From the IMG/VR virus record IMGVR_UViG_3300037418_000840: 64,000 nt of DNA. One strand, given 5' to 3'. The stretch comes from a virus. Lineage: Duplodnaviria; Caudoviricetes. The notes below the pieces were generated by a model, which made no database searches, was not told where the DNA came from, and saw nothing but the letters and a program-made list of their open reading frames with translations. Shown here in pieces: positions 37,519-46,727 of this stretch; position 1 is the first letter of the stretch, and every line of letters starts with the position of its first letter. The position numbers were made by a program, and so were the translations under genes.

Positions 37519-39027
37519 TTACACCATCTTCAGCTTCTTGGTTTCGACGTCGTGCTTGAACTTGCGGTCCTTGGTCACTGCATCCATGATAGCTGACAGA
37601 TCAGTAGCAATCTTGGCGCGCGGCCGTTTGGCCCACGACTCCAATTGCTTGAGGAACTGCTGTTGTTCCTTGAGCTTGGTCTTCAACGCGTCCTGATCCA
37701 ACTTCGACAACTGGCGGACACGCAGTTCCAGGATTTGTCGCGCTTGTTCCTCGGTGATCTTCAGTGCTTTGACCAAATACGCATCGGCGTCTTTGGCGCG
37801 CAATGCCTTGAAGATCACGTCCAACTTATCGCAGGCGAAGATCAGCAGTTTGGAATACGCGATTGCCGCCTCTTGCTTGCGCTTGCGATAGGCAAGACTG
37901 CGAAGCTCTAGTTGGACACGCTCACGCAACCACGCGATGATTAGATCGGGGACCGACATGGCCTCGACCTTGTTCTCGTAGGTCGTGCGTCCGTCTTCGA
38001 CTTTGGCGCTGCGTCGAGTGACGTTGATCTTGAAGGCCACCGATTGCTGAGTCAGCCGCTGAATGCGCTTGACCCATGCTTGGTACTGCGGGAGATTGTA
38101 GGCAGGCCGGCACACGATGGTCAGTGTTGAACTGCCCTTCGTGTTCTCGCAGCGCAGCGTCTCCTTCATCGCTCGGACCTTCTCGATGAATTTCTGCAAG
38201 TTGGTGCCCTGAGGCCAGTCCGCGATGACGATCCGCTTCTTGTCGGGCTCCATCTGGATGTCGGACTCAAACTTGACGTTGGCCTCCGAATCAGTGAACA
38301 TCCGCAACCACTGCGCGCGGTTCTCCGGCGTGTTGATGAGCGTGCCACCCCACTTATGAGCGTACTTCAGAGTACGTGCGAAGTCCTTGGACGTCAACTT
38401 CTCGCCCTTGAGCAATCGCGTCAGCACTTCGATCAGAGATTCGGCAGTGAAGGCCGGTAACTTGCCAGTGATGCCGACACCAACCCCTTCGTTGGCCGTC
38501 ATCAGCACGTAGGGCAATTGAGCCGGAAGCGTAACCGGCTCGATCTCCTTGTCGTCGAAGTTCGGTACGAACGACGTGACCTCTTTGTTGAAGTAGTCAC
38601 TGTCGAAGAACGTGTAGCCGAAGTTGGACAACCGAGCGTTGGTGTACCGATAGGCTGCGGCCCCGTCGGTCATGTTCCCCCAATTCCCCTTGCCGATCAG
38701 AACTGGCGTCGGCATATGGTTCATGGTGATCATGGCACCATAGACGGACGAGTCGCCGTGCGGGTGATACTTGCCGAGTGCATCACCAACGGTACGTGCG
38801 GCCTTGACGAACTCGTTGCGCGTGTGCTGCGCCATCGCCCACATGATACGCCGTTGAACCGGCTTTAGCCCATCGAAGATGTCAGGTAGCGCCCGCTCCT
38901 CGTTGGTCTCGGTCGCATACTTCTTCATGTTGCGCAAGCCGAAGTCGCGGAGGGCTTCCTTCACGACTTGCTTGTCGGCCGTGGGCACCAGTCCCCCGAC
39001 GGTCTTTGCCTTCTTTCTTGTTGCCAT
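37519..39027 (-). CDS. gyrA: type IIA topoisomerase subunit A (GyrA/ParC-like, no CTD)
   Basis: RALPDIFDGLKPVQRRI, YHPHGDSSVY, GNWG, AAAYRYT with catalytic Tyr; 502 aa. Confidence 0.92.
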   Translation of the reverse strand: MATRKKAKTVGGLVPTADKQVVKEALRDFGLRNMKKYATETNEERALPDIFDGLKPVQRRIMWAMAQHTRNEFVKAARTVGDALGKYHPHGDSSVYGAMITMNHMPTPVLIGKGNWGNMTDGAAAYRYTNARLSNFGYTFFDSDYFNKEVTSFVPNFDDKEIEPVTLPAQLPYVLMTANEGVGVGITGKLPAFTAESLIEVLTRLLKGEKLTSKDFARTLKYAHKWGGTLINTPENRAQWLRMFTDSEANVKFESDIQMEPDKKRIVIADWPQGTNLQKFIEKVRAMKETLRCENTKGSSTLTIVCRPAYNLPQYQAWVKRIQRLTQQSVAFKINVTRRSAKVEDGRTTYENKVEAMSVPDLIIAWLRERVQLELRSLAYRKRKQEAAIAYSKLLIFACDKLDVIFKALRAKDADAYLVKALKITEEQARQILELRVRQLSKLDQDALKTKLKEQQQFLKQLESWAKRPRAKIATDLSAIMDAVTKDRKFKHDVETKKLKMV

Positions 39028-39029
39028 GT

Positions 39030-41732
39030 TCAGGCCTCAATGTTACGGACACGTCGCTTCGTGGCAGCGACTTCCCTGATCGCATCAGACAGCGGACCAA
39101 GTCTCGAGATGTTGCGCTTCTTCTCAGCGACTTTGGACGCTACCTTCTTGGTCTCTGTGGTTCGTGTGCTAACTTTCCGCGCAGGAACCTTCTTGGCAGC
39201 TACCCGGCCTTTCTTTTTACTGCCCTCGCCGTCGTCCTCCTCTTCGCCACCGACAGCGTTCTCCGGGAGACCGAAGGCTTTGCGGCGATACTGCACGTCC
39301 TCGTTCATCAGACGGACAAAGTCCACGTGGTCATCTTGCTCCAACGCCTTGATCTGAATCAGACGACGGGTCTGCGGATCCATCGCCATGATGCGCATCA
39401 GACTGGCGTCAAGCTCACCCCAACCCTTGACGTGGTTGATGGTGGTCGATGCCGGAGCCTTGAGCTTCTTCAGCTTGGCTTGGACCTCGGACAGCGTGGA
39501 CCCGGTGACCAGTGATTCCTTGTACTCGGCGTAGAACTCTGGGCTATCCGCCACGTAGACCATGCCACGTTCGAACAGGCCGGGCACATGCTTGTAGATC
39601 AAGGACAGACACAGACTGTTGATGTGACAGTTACTGGATACGACACCTGACGGCAAAACGAAGTGATGGTAGCGCGGGACCGTCAGACAGTAGACGGGCA
39701 CCGGTTGATCCAACTGCTGGATCCGCATCTTCGATACGGGGGCAAAGCCCAGACGCGTGCGATAATCACACGATGACCGGTCCTTGGTCCCACTAGCCGC
39801 CGGACAGTACACTCGGTCCCCAACCTTCAGGTCCTTGGCCTTGACGTACACCAGATCGTCACTGCCCGGGAATTCCGTCGTGTCCCGACCGTACATAGCT
39901 TCGGTCTTAAGACAGACCCAACGATGTTCCAGGCTCACCTTGTATTTGGCCTTGCCCAAGTCAAGAGCCACCAACTGATCGACGTTGCGTTCGAGGCGCG
40001 CCGTCGCATCGGCCCAGATCTCCTTGCCGTCGTGGAACACGGGCACACGGAACTGTTGATCCAACAGTTCGTCAATTCGAGTGGGGCTCATTTCGTGCCA
40101 GGACACGCCGTCCATGCTGCGTTGCTGCATGATGCGGATCTTCGTCTCACCAATGAACGGGCCGTCCGGGTCCGGGTCAGCCAGCAGGATGAGCTTGCCC
40201 ATCGTCAGTTTGGAGTACGCGTCGGCGGCCTTCGGATCAAAGCCCATCGCCGCCAAGATGTAGATGATTTCATCCGACGACGTGGCCGTACCCTTCGGGT
40301 CCTTGAGCGCGTTCTTGATCTTCCCCTTCAGCGGGAGGATCGCCTGATACGGGAACCGTGCTTCTTTGGCCGTGCCACCCGCCGAGTCACCTTCGACCAG
40401 GAACAGTTCGCGATCGCTGATCTTGACTCGGGGATCGAACGATGCGTACTTGGCAGGCAGACCACCGCGTTTCACCGCGTTGAGCTTGGACGCCGCAGCC
40501 TTACTGATCGTGAACTTGTTCTTCAGTTCAGCGATCTTGGTGGCCTTGTCGCAAATGCGCTGCGCCATCGCCTTGTTCTCTTTGAAGAACTTGGTCGTGG
40601 CCGCCACCAGCTTCTTGCGCAGGTCGGTGCCCATCCGCTCGTCCGAGAGATAGACCTTGTCCTGCGAGTTGAACTTCGCCTTGTGTAATTTGGCGTTGAC
40701 GATACCGACCAGACCCTCTTTCAGATCAGCGGCAGAGAACGCCAGTATGTCTTTCTTCTTGACCTTGCGTGTCTTGATGAACGGCCGCAGACCATCGTAC
40801 AGTGCAGCGATCACCGAGTCGACGTGTTTACCACCCTTGCTGTTGTGGCTGCCGTTGGTGAACCCGCGCAGATCGCACTCGGTGTAGCCGGAGAAGGCAA
40901 CTACCACGTCACAAGCGTTGGGATCTCCGTGTTCCGACTTGTATTCGAACATCACGCGCTCGGCACCTACACCAAACTTCTCGAGTCGCTTATGCACGTA
41001 CTCGACAACACCGGTCTTCGACAGGAACTGGCGCTTACCCTTCGGCGTCGAGATCAGAATGGCGACGCCGGGATTGAAGTACGACATGATCTCCGCCCAC
41101 TCGACTGCCAGTTGGCCTGGGAACTTGTCGGTGCTGAAGATCGACAGATCGGGTTTGACATGGATCAGCGTCCCACGCTTCGCCACCTGACCGTTCGGTC
41201 CCTTCGGAGCCTTACACTTGGCAACCGGAGTGACGAGCTTGCCCTTCTTGAAGCCGACGGTGTACCATTGGCCTTCGTAGCAAGTCCACACCGTGAAGAA
41301 TTCGGCAGTCGCATTCGTGCCCTTGGCACCGATACCGTGAGTCCCGATCGAGACTTCGTACGCCGTGTTGTCGTACTTGCCCGACGTGTGTAGCGCACCG
41401 AACACCGACTGCATGGTCGGCATCTTGTTCACCACGTCCTTGCCGTTGACATGGATCGTGGTCTTGGTGATACCCTGCGGAATCCCGTGGCCCGCGTCTT
41501 GTACCCAGAAACTGCCATCCTTGTCTACGTGGAGAAGGACTGCCGTGTTGCGACCGGCTAGAGCTTCGTCCAGGCCGTTGTCAAGCAGTTCCTTGACCAC
41601 CATCCATAGACCGTAGCTGTCCGTGCCCCCGATGTACTGACTGGCGTTACGCCGGACGCTGTCAGGAAAGACCAGCGTCTTGATGTTCGCGGCCGTATAG
41701 TTGACCTTGGCCTTAGTCGATTTGGTTGCCAT
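39030..41732 (-). CDS. gyrB: type IIA topoisomerase subunit B (GyrB/ParE-like), intein-containing
   Basis: ELLDNGLDE, DAGHGIP, LHTSGK, GTHGIG, EGDSAGG, PLKGK, DPDPDG, KGWGE. Confidence 0.93.
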   Translation of the reverse strand: MATKSTKAKVNYTAANIKTLVFPDSVRRNASQYIGGTDSYGLWMVVKELLDNGLDEALAGRNTAVLLHVDKDGSFWVQDAGHGIPQGITKTTIHVNGKDVVNKMPTMQSVFGALHTSGKYDNTAYEVSIGTHGIGAKGTNATAEFFTVWTCYEGQWYTVGFKKGKLVTPVAKCKAPKGPNGQVAKRGTLIHVKPDLSIFSTDKFPGQLAVEWAEIMSYFNPGVAILISTPKGKRQFLSKTGVVEYVHKRLEKFGVGAERVMFEYKSEHGDPNACDVVVAFSGYTECDLRGFTNGSHNSKGGKHVDSVIAALYDGLRPFIKTRKVKKKDILAFSAADLKEGLVGIVNAKLHKAKFNSQDKVYLSDERMGTDLRKKLVAATTKFFKENKAMAQRICDKATKIAELKNKFTISKAAASKLNAVKRGGLPAKYASFDPRVKISDRELFLVEGDSAGGTAKEARFPYQAILPLKGKIKNALKDPKGTATSSDEIIYILAAMGFDPKAADAYSKLTMGKLILLADPDPDGPFIGETKIRIMQQRSMDGVSWHEMSPTRIDELLDQQFRVPVFHDGKEIWADATARLERNVDQLVALDLGKAKYKVSLEHRWVCLKTEAMYGRDTTEFPGSDDLVYVKAKDLKVGDRVYCPAASGTKDRSSCDYRTRLGFAPVSKMRIQQLDQPVPVYCLTVPRYHHFVLPSGVVSSNCHINSLCLSLIYKHVPGLFERGMVYVADSPEFYAEYKESLVTGSTLSEVQAKLKKLKAPASTTINHVKGWGELDASLMRIMAMDPQTRRLIQIKALEQDDHVDFVRLMNEDVQYRRKAFGLPENAVGGEEEDDGEGSKKKGRVAAKKVPARKVSTRTTETKKVASKVAEKKRNISRLGPLSDAIREVAATKRRVRNIEA
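39630..40160 (-). mobile_element. 177-aa mini-intein with class 3 signature and Pro1, in GyrB Toprim
   Basis: In-frame insert between DPDPDG and CHI; starts PFIGET, block B SLEHRW, block F VYCLTV...HHF, ends GVVSSN before Cys+1; no endonuclease domain. Confidence 0.88.
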
Positions 41733-41734
41733 CC

Positions 41735-42598
41735 TTAGTCCGGAAGGTTGTCGAAGTTATGGGGATCCATCGCCGGAACGTTCATCAACGAAGTGATCAA
41801 CGGCAAGACCGACGATATTTCAGTGTAAGTACATTTACCACTATGGGCGGGAGTCCACTTCCCACCCTGGGCGATCTCCACCAAGTAATGGACATAGCCG
41901 ATCTTGTGATGGAGGTCGCCGAATACTTCGATCACACGATCTTCGCCGGTCTCCCGATCCTTCTGGATGGTGACCGTCTTGTCACGATAGGACTTACCGT
42001 GATAGTTGTCGAACGACAGGGTGAACCGGGTACGGCCGAGCTTGAGTTGGACTGGTTTCAGGTCCTCGGCAGCTTCTTCGAGAACAACGACCGGCAGCTT
42101 GTTCACGTCGTGCCAATACTCGACATTGAGTTTGACACGGCCGTTCTTCTCGCTGTAGTCGAATGTTGAGGAAAAGCCCCAACGACTGAAGAACTTCTCG
42201 AGCAGGTCTTGCAAGATGGGAATCGCTTCGGTCGCAGCTTTGTGCGCCTCGGGCTTGAGCGACTCGAACTTCATGGTTCGACCGCCGATGCTGCACCGAC
42301 AGTGCAGCTTCTTGTTCCACGAGACGCCGATCTTTTCAAAGAACGGATCCATGATCTCGTCCTTGAACTTGACCTCAAGTGCGCGGATGCCGTGCTTCTT
42401 GGTGATGAGCGCGACAGTAGGGAGGAAGTCTTGATGGATGCGCGTCAGTGGCACCCCCGCATCCTTGAGTGCCAAGTACGAATCGGCATCCACGGGAATG
42501 AACCACTGTTTGATACGCGTAAGACGAATGAGGACCTTGTCGGCCTTCGCCTTTTTCTTGTTGGGTGAGGATTTCGGTGCCTCGGTATCTTTGCTCAC
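41735..42598 (-). CDS. hypothetical protein
   Basis: 287-aa ORF abutting gyrB start. Confidence 0.8.
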   Translation of the reverse strand: MSKDTEAPKSSPNKKKAKADKVLIRLTRIKQWFIPVDADSYLALKDAGVPLTRIHQDFLPTVALITKKHGIRALEVKFKDEIMDPFFEKIGVSWNKKLHCRCSIGGRTMKFESLKPEAHKAATEAIPILQDLLEKFFSRWGFSSTFDYSEKNGRVKLNVEYWHDVNKLPVVVLEEAAEDLKPVQLKLGRTRFTLSFDNYHGKSYRDKTVTIQKDRETGEDRVIEVFGDLHHKIGYVHYLVEIAQGGKWTPAHSGKCTYTEISSVLPLITSLMNVPAMDPHNFDNLPD

Positions 42599-42912
42599 TT
42601 GCTAATCTCCGGTGGAGTTTCCAATGCTGTGTAGAAGCGCTCACGGAACGCTTCGGTCTCTTTGGCTACCAAAGCCATGACGCGTGCTTCTTTCTCTGCG
42701 TCACGCTTCTGTCGTGCCCTTCGCACTTGCTCGGCAAGACGATAGGCTCGGCCCACGACTACTATCTGAACGCCACGCGCAGGACAGTACCGATTGCCCT
42801 TGCTGAAGTGACAGTTGACGAACGCCGTCTTCTCAGCAGGGTCCAGATGCTGGCACTTCTTGCACTTGGTCGAGTACAAAGCTAGGTAATCTCGATTGTC
42901 ACGCTTGGACAT
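42595..42912 (-). CDS. Cys-containing hypothetical protein
   Basis: KCKKCQH...NCHF....YCP. Confidence 0.7.
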   Translation of the reverse strand: MSKRDNRDYLALYSTKCKKCQHLDPAEKTAFVNCHFSKGNRYCPARGVQIVVVGRAYRLAEQVRRARQKRDAEKEARVMALVAKETEAFRERFYTALETPPEISK

Positions 42913-43033
42913 CGAGGCCCTCCTAAGATAAAAGCAGAGATAGGGCCAGAACCTTCATCTGGCTCTGGCCCCATCCGAGTCAACTACAGGGCGATCCCCT
43001 TAACTGACGGGGACGCCCGCCGCCGTCGTTGGA

Positions 43034-43948
43034 TTAGAACAGGACTTCGTCGTCGTCCGACTCTTCGTCGTCTTCGTCTTCGTCCTCGTCTTCTTCCTCT
43101 TCCTCTTCTTCGTCTTCTTCGACCTTGCGCTTACCCTTCTTGCCCTTGGCCGGCTTGCCCTTGCCCTTGCCGCGACGGGGAGCTTCTTCCTCTTCTTCTT
43201 CCTCCTCGTCTTCCTCTTCCTCTTCCTCCTCTTCTTCGTCTTCGTCGTCTTCGTCCTCGTCTTCCTCGGACTCGTCGTCTTCCTCTTCTTCGTCCTCGTC
43301 CTCGTCGTCCTCGGACTCGTCGTCCTCTTCCTCTTCGTCTTCGTCGTCTTCCGACTCTTCTTCGTCCTCGTCTTCCTCGGACTCGTCGTCTTCCGACTCC
43401 ACCGCATCACCGGCGCTGCCAGCCGACACCAGGACCGATGCCGGGTCGAGGGCGATGACCGGGCCGTTCTCCGTGATGTAGATGACCACACCCTTCTGCT
43501 CCGTCACTTCCTGGACGGTGCCCACGGGGATCAGCACCTCGTGGTAGATGGTCTCGCCGACGACGGCCTTGACCTTTTGACGCGGAATGATTTCGCCGTT
43601 GATGCCGAAGTACGCAGCGGGAGTCGGCTTCTTGTCCGTGTCGGCACGCGTCGTCGTCACGATACGGAGGAACACCATCGAGCCGGCGGCAGTGGACTTC
43701 GCTTTCGGCGTTGCCTTGGCTTTGGCGGTCTTGCCGCGCGCAGGCTTCTTCGCGGTCTTCGCAGCGACGGCAGCCTTCTTCTTGGCGGCGAGCGCCGCGC
43801 GCTTCTTCGCAGCGAGGGCCTCGGCCTTCTTCGCGTTCGCAGCGGCTGCGCCACGAGCGCCAGCGCGTTTCGCTGCTACCTTCTTGGCGACGGGTTTCTT
43901 CGCTGCGACACCTTTCTTCGCGCCTGCCTTCTTCGTGGAGATTGCCAT
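43034..43948 (-). CDS. tripartite protein: Lys/Ala-rich N-terminus, small folded core, very long Asp/Glu tail
   Basis: Direct from translation; GTAAATA motif at 44036-44045. Confidence 0.85.
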   Translation of the reverse strand: MAISTKKAGAKKGVAAKKPVAKKVAAKRAGARGAAAANAKKAEALAAKKRAALAAKKKAAVAAKTAKKPARGKTAKAKATPKAKSTAAGSMVFLRIVTTTRADTDKKPTPAAYFGINGEIIPRQKVKAVVGETIYHEVLIPVGTVQEVTEQKGVVIYITENGPVIALDPASVLVSAGSAGDAVESEDDESEEDEDEEESEDDEDEEEEDDESEDDEDEDEEEEDDESEEDEDEDDEDEEEEEEEEEDEEEEEEEEAPRRGKGKGKPAKGKKGKRKVEEDEEEEEEEDEDEDEDDEESDDDEVLF

Positions 43949-44035
43949 CTTTCGATCCTTGTTGAGAAATGTGGTTGTGATACGTTAGCTAACGCTCGAT
44001 GTTTGGGACGGCCATCGTGCAGTGCCGTTACTACC

Positions 44036-44045
44036 TATTTACTGC
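44036..44045 (-). promoter_or_regulatory. GTAAATA-type putative phage promoter
   Basis: GCAGTAAATA upstream of 43948. Confidence 0.55.
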
Positions 44046-44081
44046 GGGTCCTGAACTACGTCCGGAAACGTGGCCCGGCGG

Positions 44082-44136
44082 AGTTTAGCACAGGCACGCC
44101 TGGAACGCAAATATCAGTGTTGTTTTTGCGCAACAC
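44082..44136 (-). promoter_or_regulatory. sigma70-like promoter with GTGTTG-N8-CAACAC palindrome
   Basis: TTGCGT (44105-44110)-N17-TAAACT (44082-44087) with TG extension; palindrome 44117-44136. Confidence 0.6.
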
Positions 44137-44151
44137 CGATGCGCCGGATCC

Positions 44152-44937
44152 TTACTCCTCGTCAGCCTCGACTTTGCGGCCGCGTGTGCGCTTCGGCGGC
44201 TGGAGCACGTTCTTGAACGCCGGAGGCAAGATCTTCGCTGCGCGCGAAATGGCGCGGAACACCGGATCCTTGTTGTCCAGCATCATGAGCTTGAGGTTGC
44301 CCGTCTTGGCCGACTTGACGACTTGATAGATCTTGCGACGGACGACCGAAATCGAACCATCGTTCTTGCGCTTGTTGACGCGCAACACAACACGGAACTG
44401 CGTGAGAGCCGGCAGACGATGGGCCGTACGGAACACGAGTCGTTGGCGCTTCTCACCGCTGGCTTCGTGCTTATAGGTTTCCGTGGCATTGCGTGCCTTG
44501 ACGTCGGCCGGGAACTTCTTCTCGGCGTTCGAGCGATACAAGACAGCCGACAGACGACCCTGGATGCCGAGCACCGTCGGCACGTCGTAACCCGACATGT
44601 CGAACTTCTTGCGCTCGTCGATGTTGGTCGGATCGTCGAACGGATACGTGCCGTTGACGCGAACTGCCTTGAACTGCGAACCGATCAGGCCATCCTTCTC
44701 GGTCTTGAACGAGACCTCGACGTTGTGGGGTTTGAAATCGGCCGGAGCTTCGTAAGTCGGCAGGGGCTTGCGCGCCGGACGTGCGGCCACTCGCTTACCC
44801 GTTTTGGCCGGGAACTTGCCCTTGACCGCCGGACCCTTCTTTGCGGGGACCGCTTTTGTCTTGGCTCCAACTCGGGTGGATTTCTTGGAAGCTGGCGCTT
44901 CCTTCGCGGTCGTCTTGACCTTTTTCTTGATTGCCAT
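44152..44937 (-). CDS. basic hypothetical protein, probably nucleic-acid binding
   Basis: Lys-rich N-terminus, 261 aa, GGAG RBS. Confidence 0.8.
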   Translation of the reverse strand: MAIKKKVKTTAKEAPASKKSTRVGAKTKAVPAKKGPAVKGKFPAKTGKRVAARPARKPLPTYEAPADFKPHNVEVSFKTEKDGLIGSQFKAVRVNGTYPFDDPTNIDERKKFDMSGYDVPTVLGIQGRLSAVLYRSNAEKKFPADVKARNATETYKHEASGEKRQRLVFRTAHRLPALTQFRVVLRVNKRKNDGSISVVRRKIYQVVKSAKTGNLKLMMLDNKDPVFRAISRAAKILPPAFKNVLQPPKRTRGRKVEADEE

Positions 44938-45673
44938 GCTCTGCTCCAGTAGGAGAAGGGTTTAAGGGATCGTGCTTTGTTTGAATCCACATCAATTCCC
45001 GGGTGAGCACGATCACCAGTTCTTTGATGCGCATGTGAGCCTCGTGCCGAGCATTGAGCGCACGTCCTGTCATGACAAGGCGGGCTATCCCGAATTCCGG
45101 CGTTGATTGAAGCAATCGCAGGCTCACTTGCGGTCGCTCAATTTCTTGGCGCAGGTAATCACGCGCTTCCTGCGAACAACGCCAGAAGACATTGTCCTTG
45201 GTCAGCGATATGAAGAGCTCCTGCAAAAACGTCAAGTCCCGTAGGTGGTACGCAGCATTTACCAGCTGGAACAGCGTTGTGTCGCCGCCCATCCGATCGG
45301 GGTGAACGAGGCTAACAACTTGCCGGTAGGCTGAGGACACGAACTGGGACTGCGCGTTATACAATTGCTCGGTCCCGAACGAGACGTAGCCAGCGGCCGT
45401 AACTGCGTCAACTGCTTGAGTGACTGGCGTTCCTTTCGTCGAAAGACGGATCTCACGACGAAGACGAACCACCGTCTCTGCTTCTTTGTACTCGCTGAAC
45501 AAACGATTGACTACGTCGAGGACTTGCCGATACAGCTTAAAGTAGCGAGCGCGAGCCAAGGTCACCTGCTTGAGCAGCAGCTGATACTCGAACAAACGCC
45601 CCAGATCGACGCGAGCTTGTGCGTACAGAGCAAGCTCAGTCGCGCTTTTGTCCTTCTTGGACGAAGACTGCAT
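44795..45673 (-). CDS. protein with internal J-domain
   Basis: AYRQVVSLVHPDRMGGDTTLFQLVNAAY; start trimmed to MQSSSK; 3' end overlaps next gene by 143 nt. Confidence 0.7.
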   Translation of the reverse strand: MQSSSKKDKSATELALYAQARVDLGRLFEYQLLLKQVTLARARYFKLYRQVLDVVNRLFSEYKEAETVVRLRREIRLSTKGTPVTQAVDAVTAAGYVSFGTEQLYNAQSQFVSSAYRQVVSLVHPDRMGGDTTLFQLVNAAYHLRDLTFLQELFISLTKDNVFWRCSQEARDYLRQEIERPQVSLRLLQSTPEFGIARLVMTGRALNARHEAHMRIKELVIVLTRELMWIQTKHDPLNPSPTGAEHGNQEKGQDDREGSASFQEIHPSWSQDKSGPRKEGSGGQGQVPGQNG

Positions 45674-45700
45674 AATAGTGCTCCGATAGTTCATCGTCCT

Positions 45701-46054
45701 TCATACCGGATGCTCATCCGAACCTCCGTCTGCGTCAACAGGCGCGCAGTCGGGGTCACCGTAGGCTCCACGGCCTGTCGGTTGAATGGCGGTCACGCGT
45801 ATGACGTTGTCCCCCGCTTCGGGCTTCGAGTTGAGGAAGACGAACATGCCGATACGGCGACTCTTGGTGAGAGACACCCACTTTTTGAAGTGGGCATTCC
45901 ATCGCGAGGCGATAATCCATTTCTCAGCGTCCTCATCGTAGGTGATGCGGCACACGTAGTTCACGCCGTCGGCAGACAACGTGACATCTTCGGGCTGGAA
46001 ATGAATTACTGTCCCCACGACTGGAATCATGCTTCGCTGAGCTTTGATTGTCAT
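45701..46054 (-). CDS. hypothetical protein
   Basis: Start trimmed to MTIKAQ; GTAAATA at 46106-46115. Confidence 0.6.
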   Translation of the reverse strand: MTIKAQRSMIPVVGTVIHFQPEDVTLSADGVNYVCRITYDEDAEKWIIASRWNAHFKKWVSLTKSRRIGMFVFLNSKPEAGDNVIRVTAIQPTGRGAYGDPDCAPVDADGGSDEHPV

Positions 46055-46146
46055 GGCTGAGGTGAATCGAAGTTGATGGTTAAACTCGATCGAGATACAC
46101 TGCATTATTTACCCTCCCTGAGCAAAATGCCTGTCGATCGAACCGG

Positions 46147-46533
46147 TTAGCTTACCGTCGCGTAGGGCTTGCTCGCGTGCGGGTCTCGCATATGGATCAA
46201 AGTACCGCCACTTTCTCCTCGGAGCTTGCGCCCGAAGTCCTCCATTTCTGCCGCAGATCTGGCGATCGGTGCGATGGTCGGCATGTTGTCCCGCACCCAG
46301 TCCAGAGCCTCGGTCATGTTCTTGAACGACTCAATGGCCGGACGCTTCGACACTTCCTCGCCGAACTCGTCGTAGGTACGAATGAACTTGGTCTTAGACC
46401 GAAGGGCGGCCCACGATTTCTGGCCGGGATTCCGAATGACGATGATCCAGTGCGGAGCGTAATACTCGATAGCAACCTCGGTCGTCTTCGTCGACTTGCT
46501 TCCGGCAAGCAGCTTCAGCGGGTTGAACGTCAT
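46147..46533 (-). CDS. hypothetical protein
   Basis: 128-aa ORF, GAGGA RBS. Confidence 0.75.
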   Translation of the reverse strand: MTFNPLKLLAGSKSTKTTEVAIEYYAPHWIIVIRNPGQKSWAALRSKTKFIRTYDEFGEEVSKRPAIESFKNMTEALDWVRDNMPTIAPIARSAAEMEDFGRKLRGESGGTLIHMRDPHASKPYATVS

Positions 46534-46544
46534 GACGTTGTTCC

Positions 46545-46727
46545 TCAGATAGAAAAGAGTTTCGAAAGTGCGAAGGTCACGAACATAACCTGAATGACCA
46601 TCGAGATGGTGGCAAAGGTCTTGGTCGGACGGTCCGGTAACTGTGGATACACCTGGAAGTCGATAAAGAAACGAAACGACTCCCAGACGATGATAGCGAT
46701 CAGAAACGCGTAAGGGACTCGAATCAT
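46545..46727 (-). CDS. small two-TM membrane protein
   Basis: Two hydrophobic helices; coupled to upstream stop. Confidence 0.6.
   Translation of the reverse strand: MIRVPYAFLIAIIVWESFRFFIDFQVYPQLPDRPTKTFATISMVIQVMFVTFALSKLFSI

Noticed and set aside
43034-43400. TC-rich repetitive tract resembling a tandem repeat or array
   Set aside because: It is the reverse complement of GAR/GAY codons of the Asp/Glu tail; there are no fixed repeats with unique spacers, so it is not CRISPR.
44795-44937. 143-nt overlap between the J-domain gene and the next gene as a dual-coding region
   Set aside because: The overlapping tail looks like a low-complexity by-product of the Lys-rich downstream frame. It is more likely a lost stop or indel than a functional overprint.
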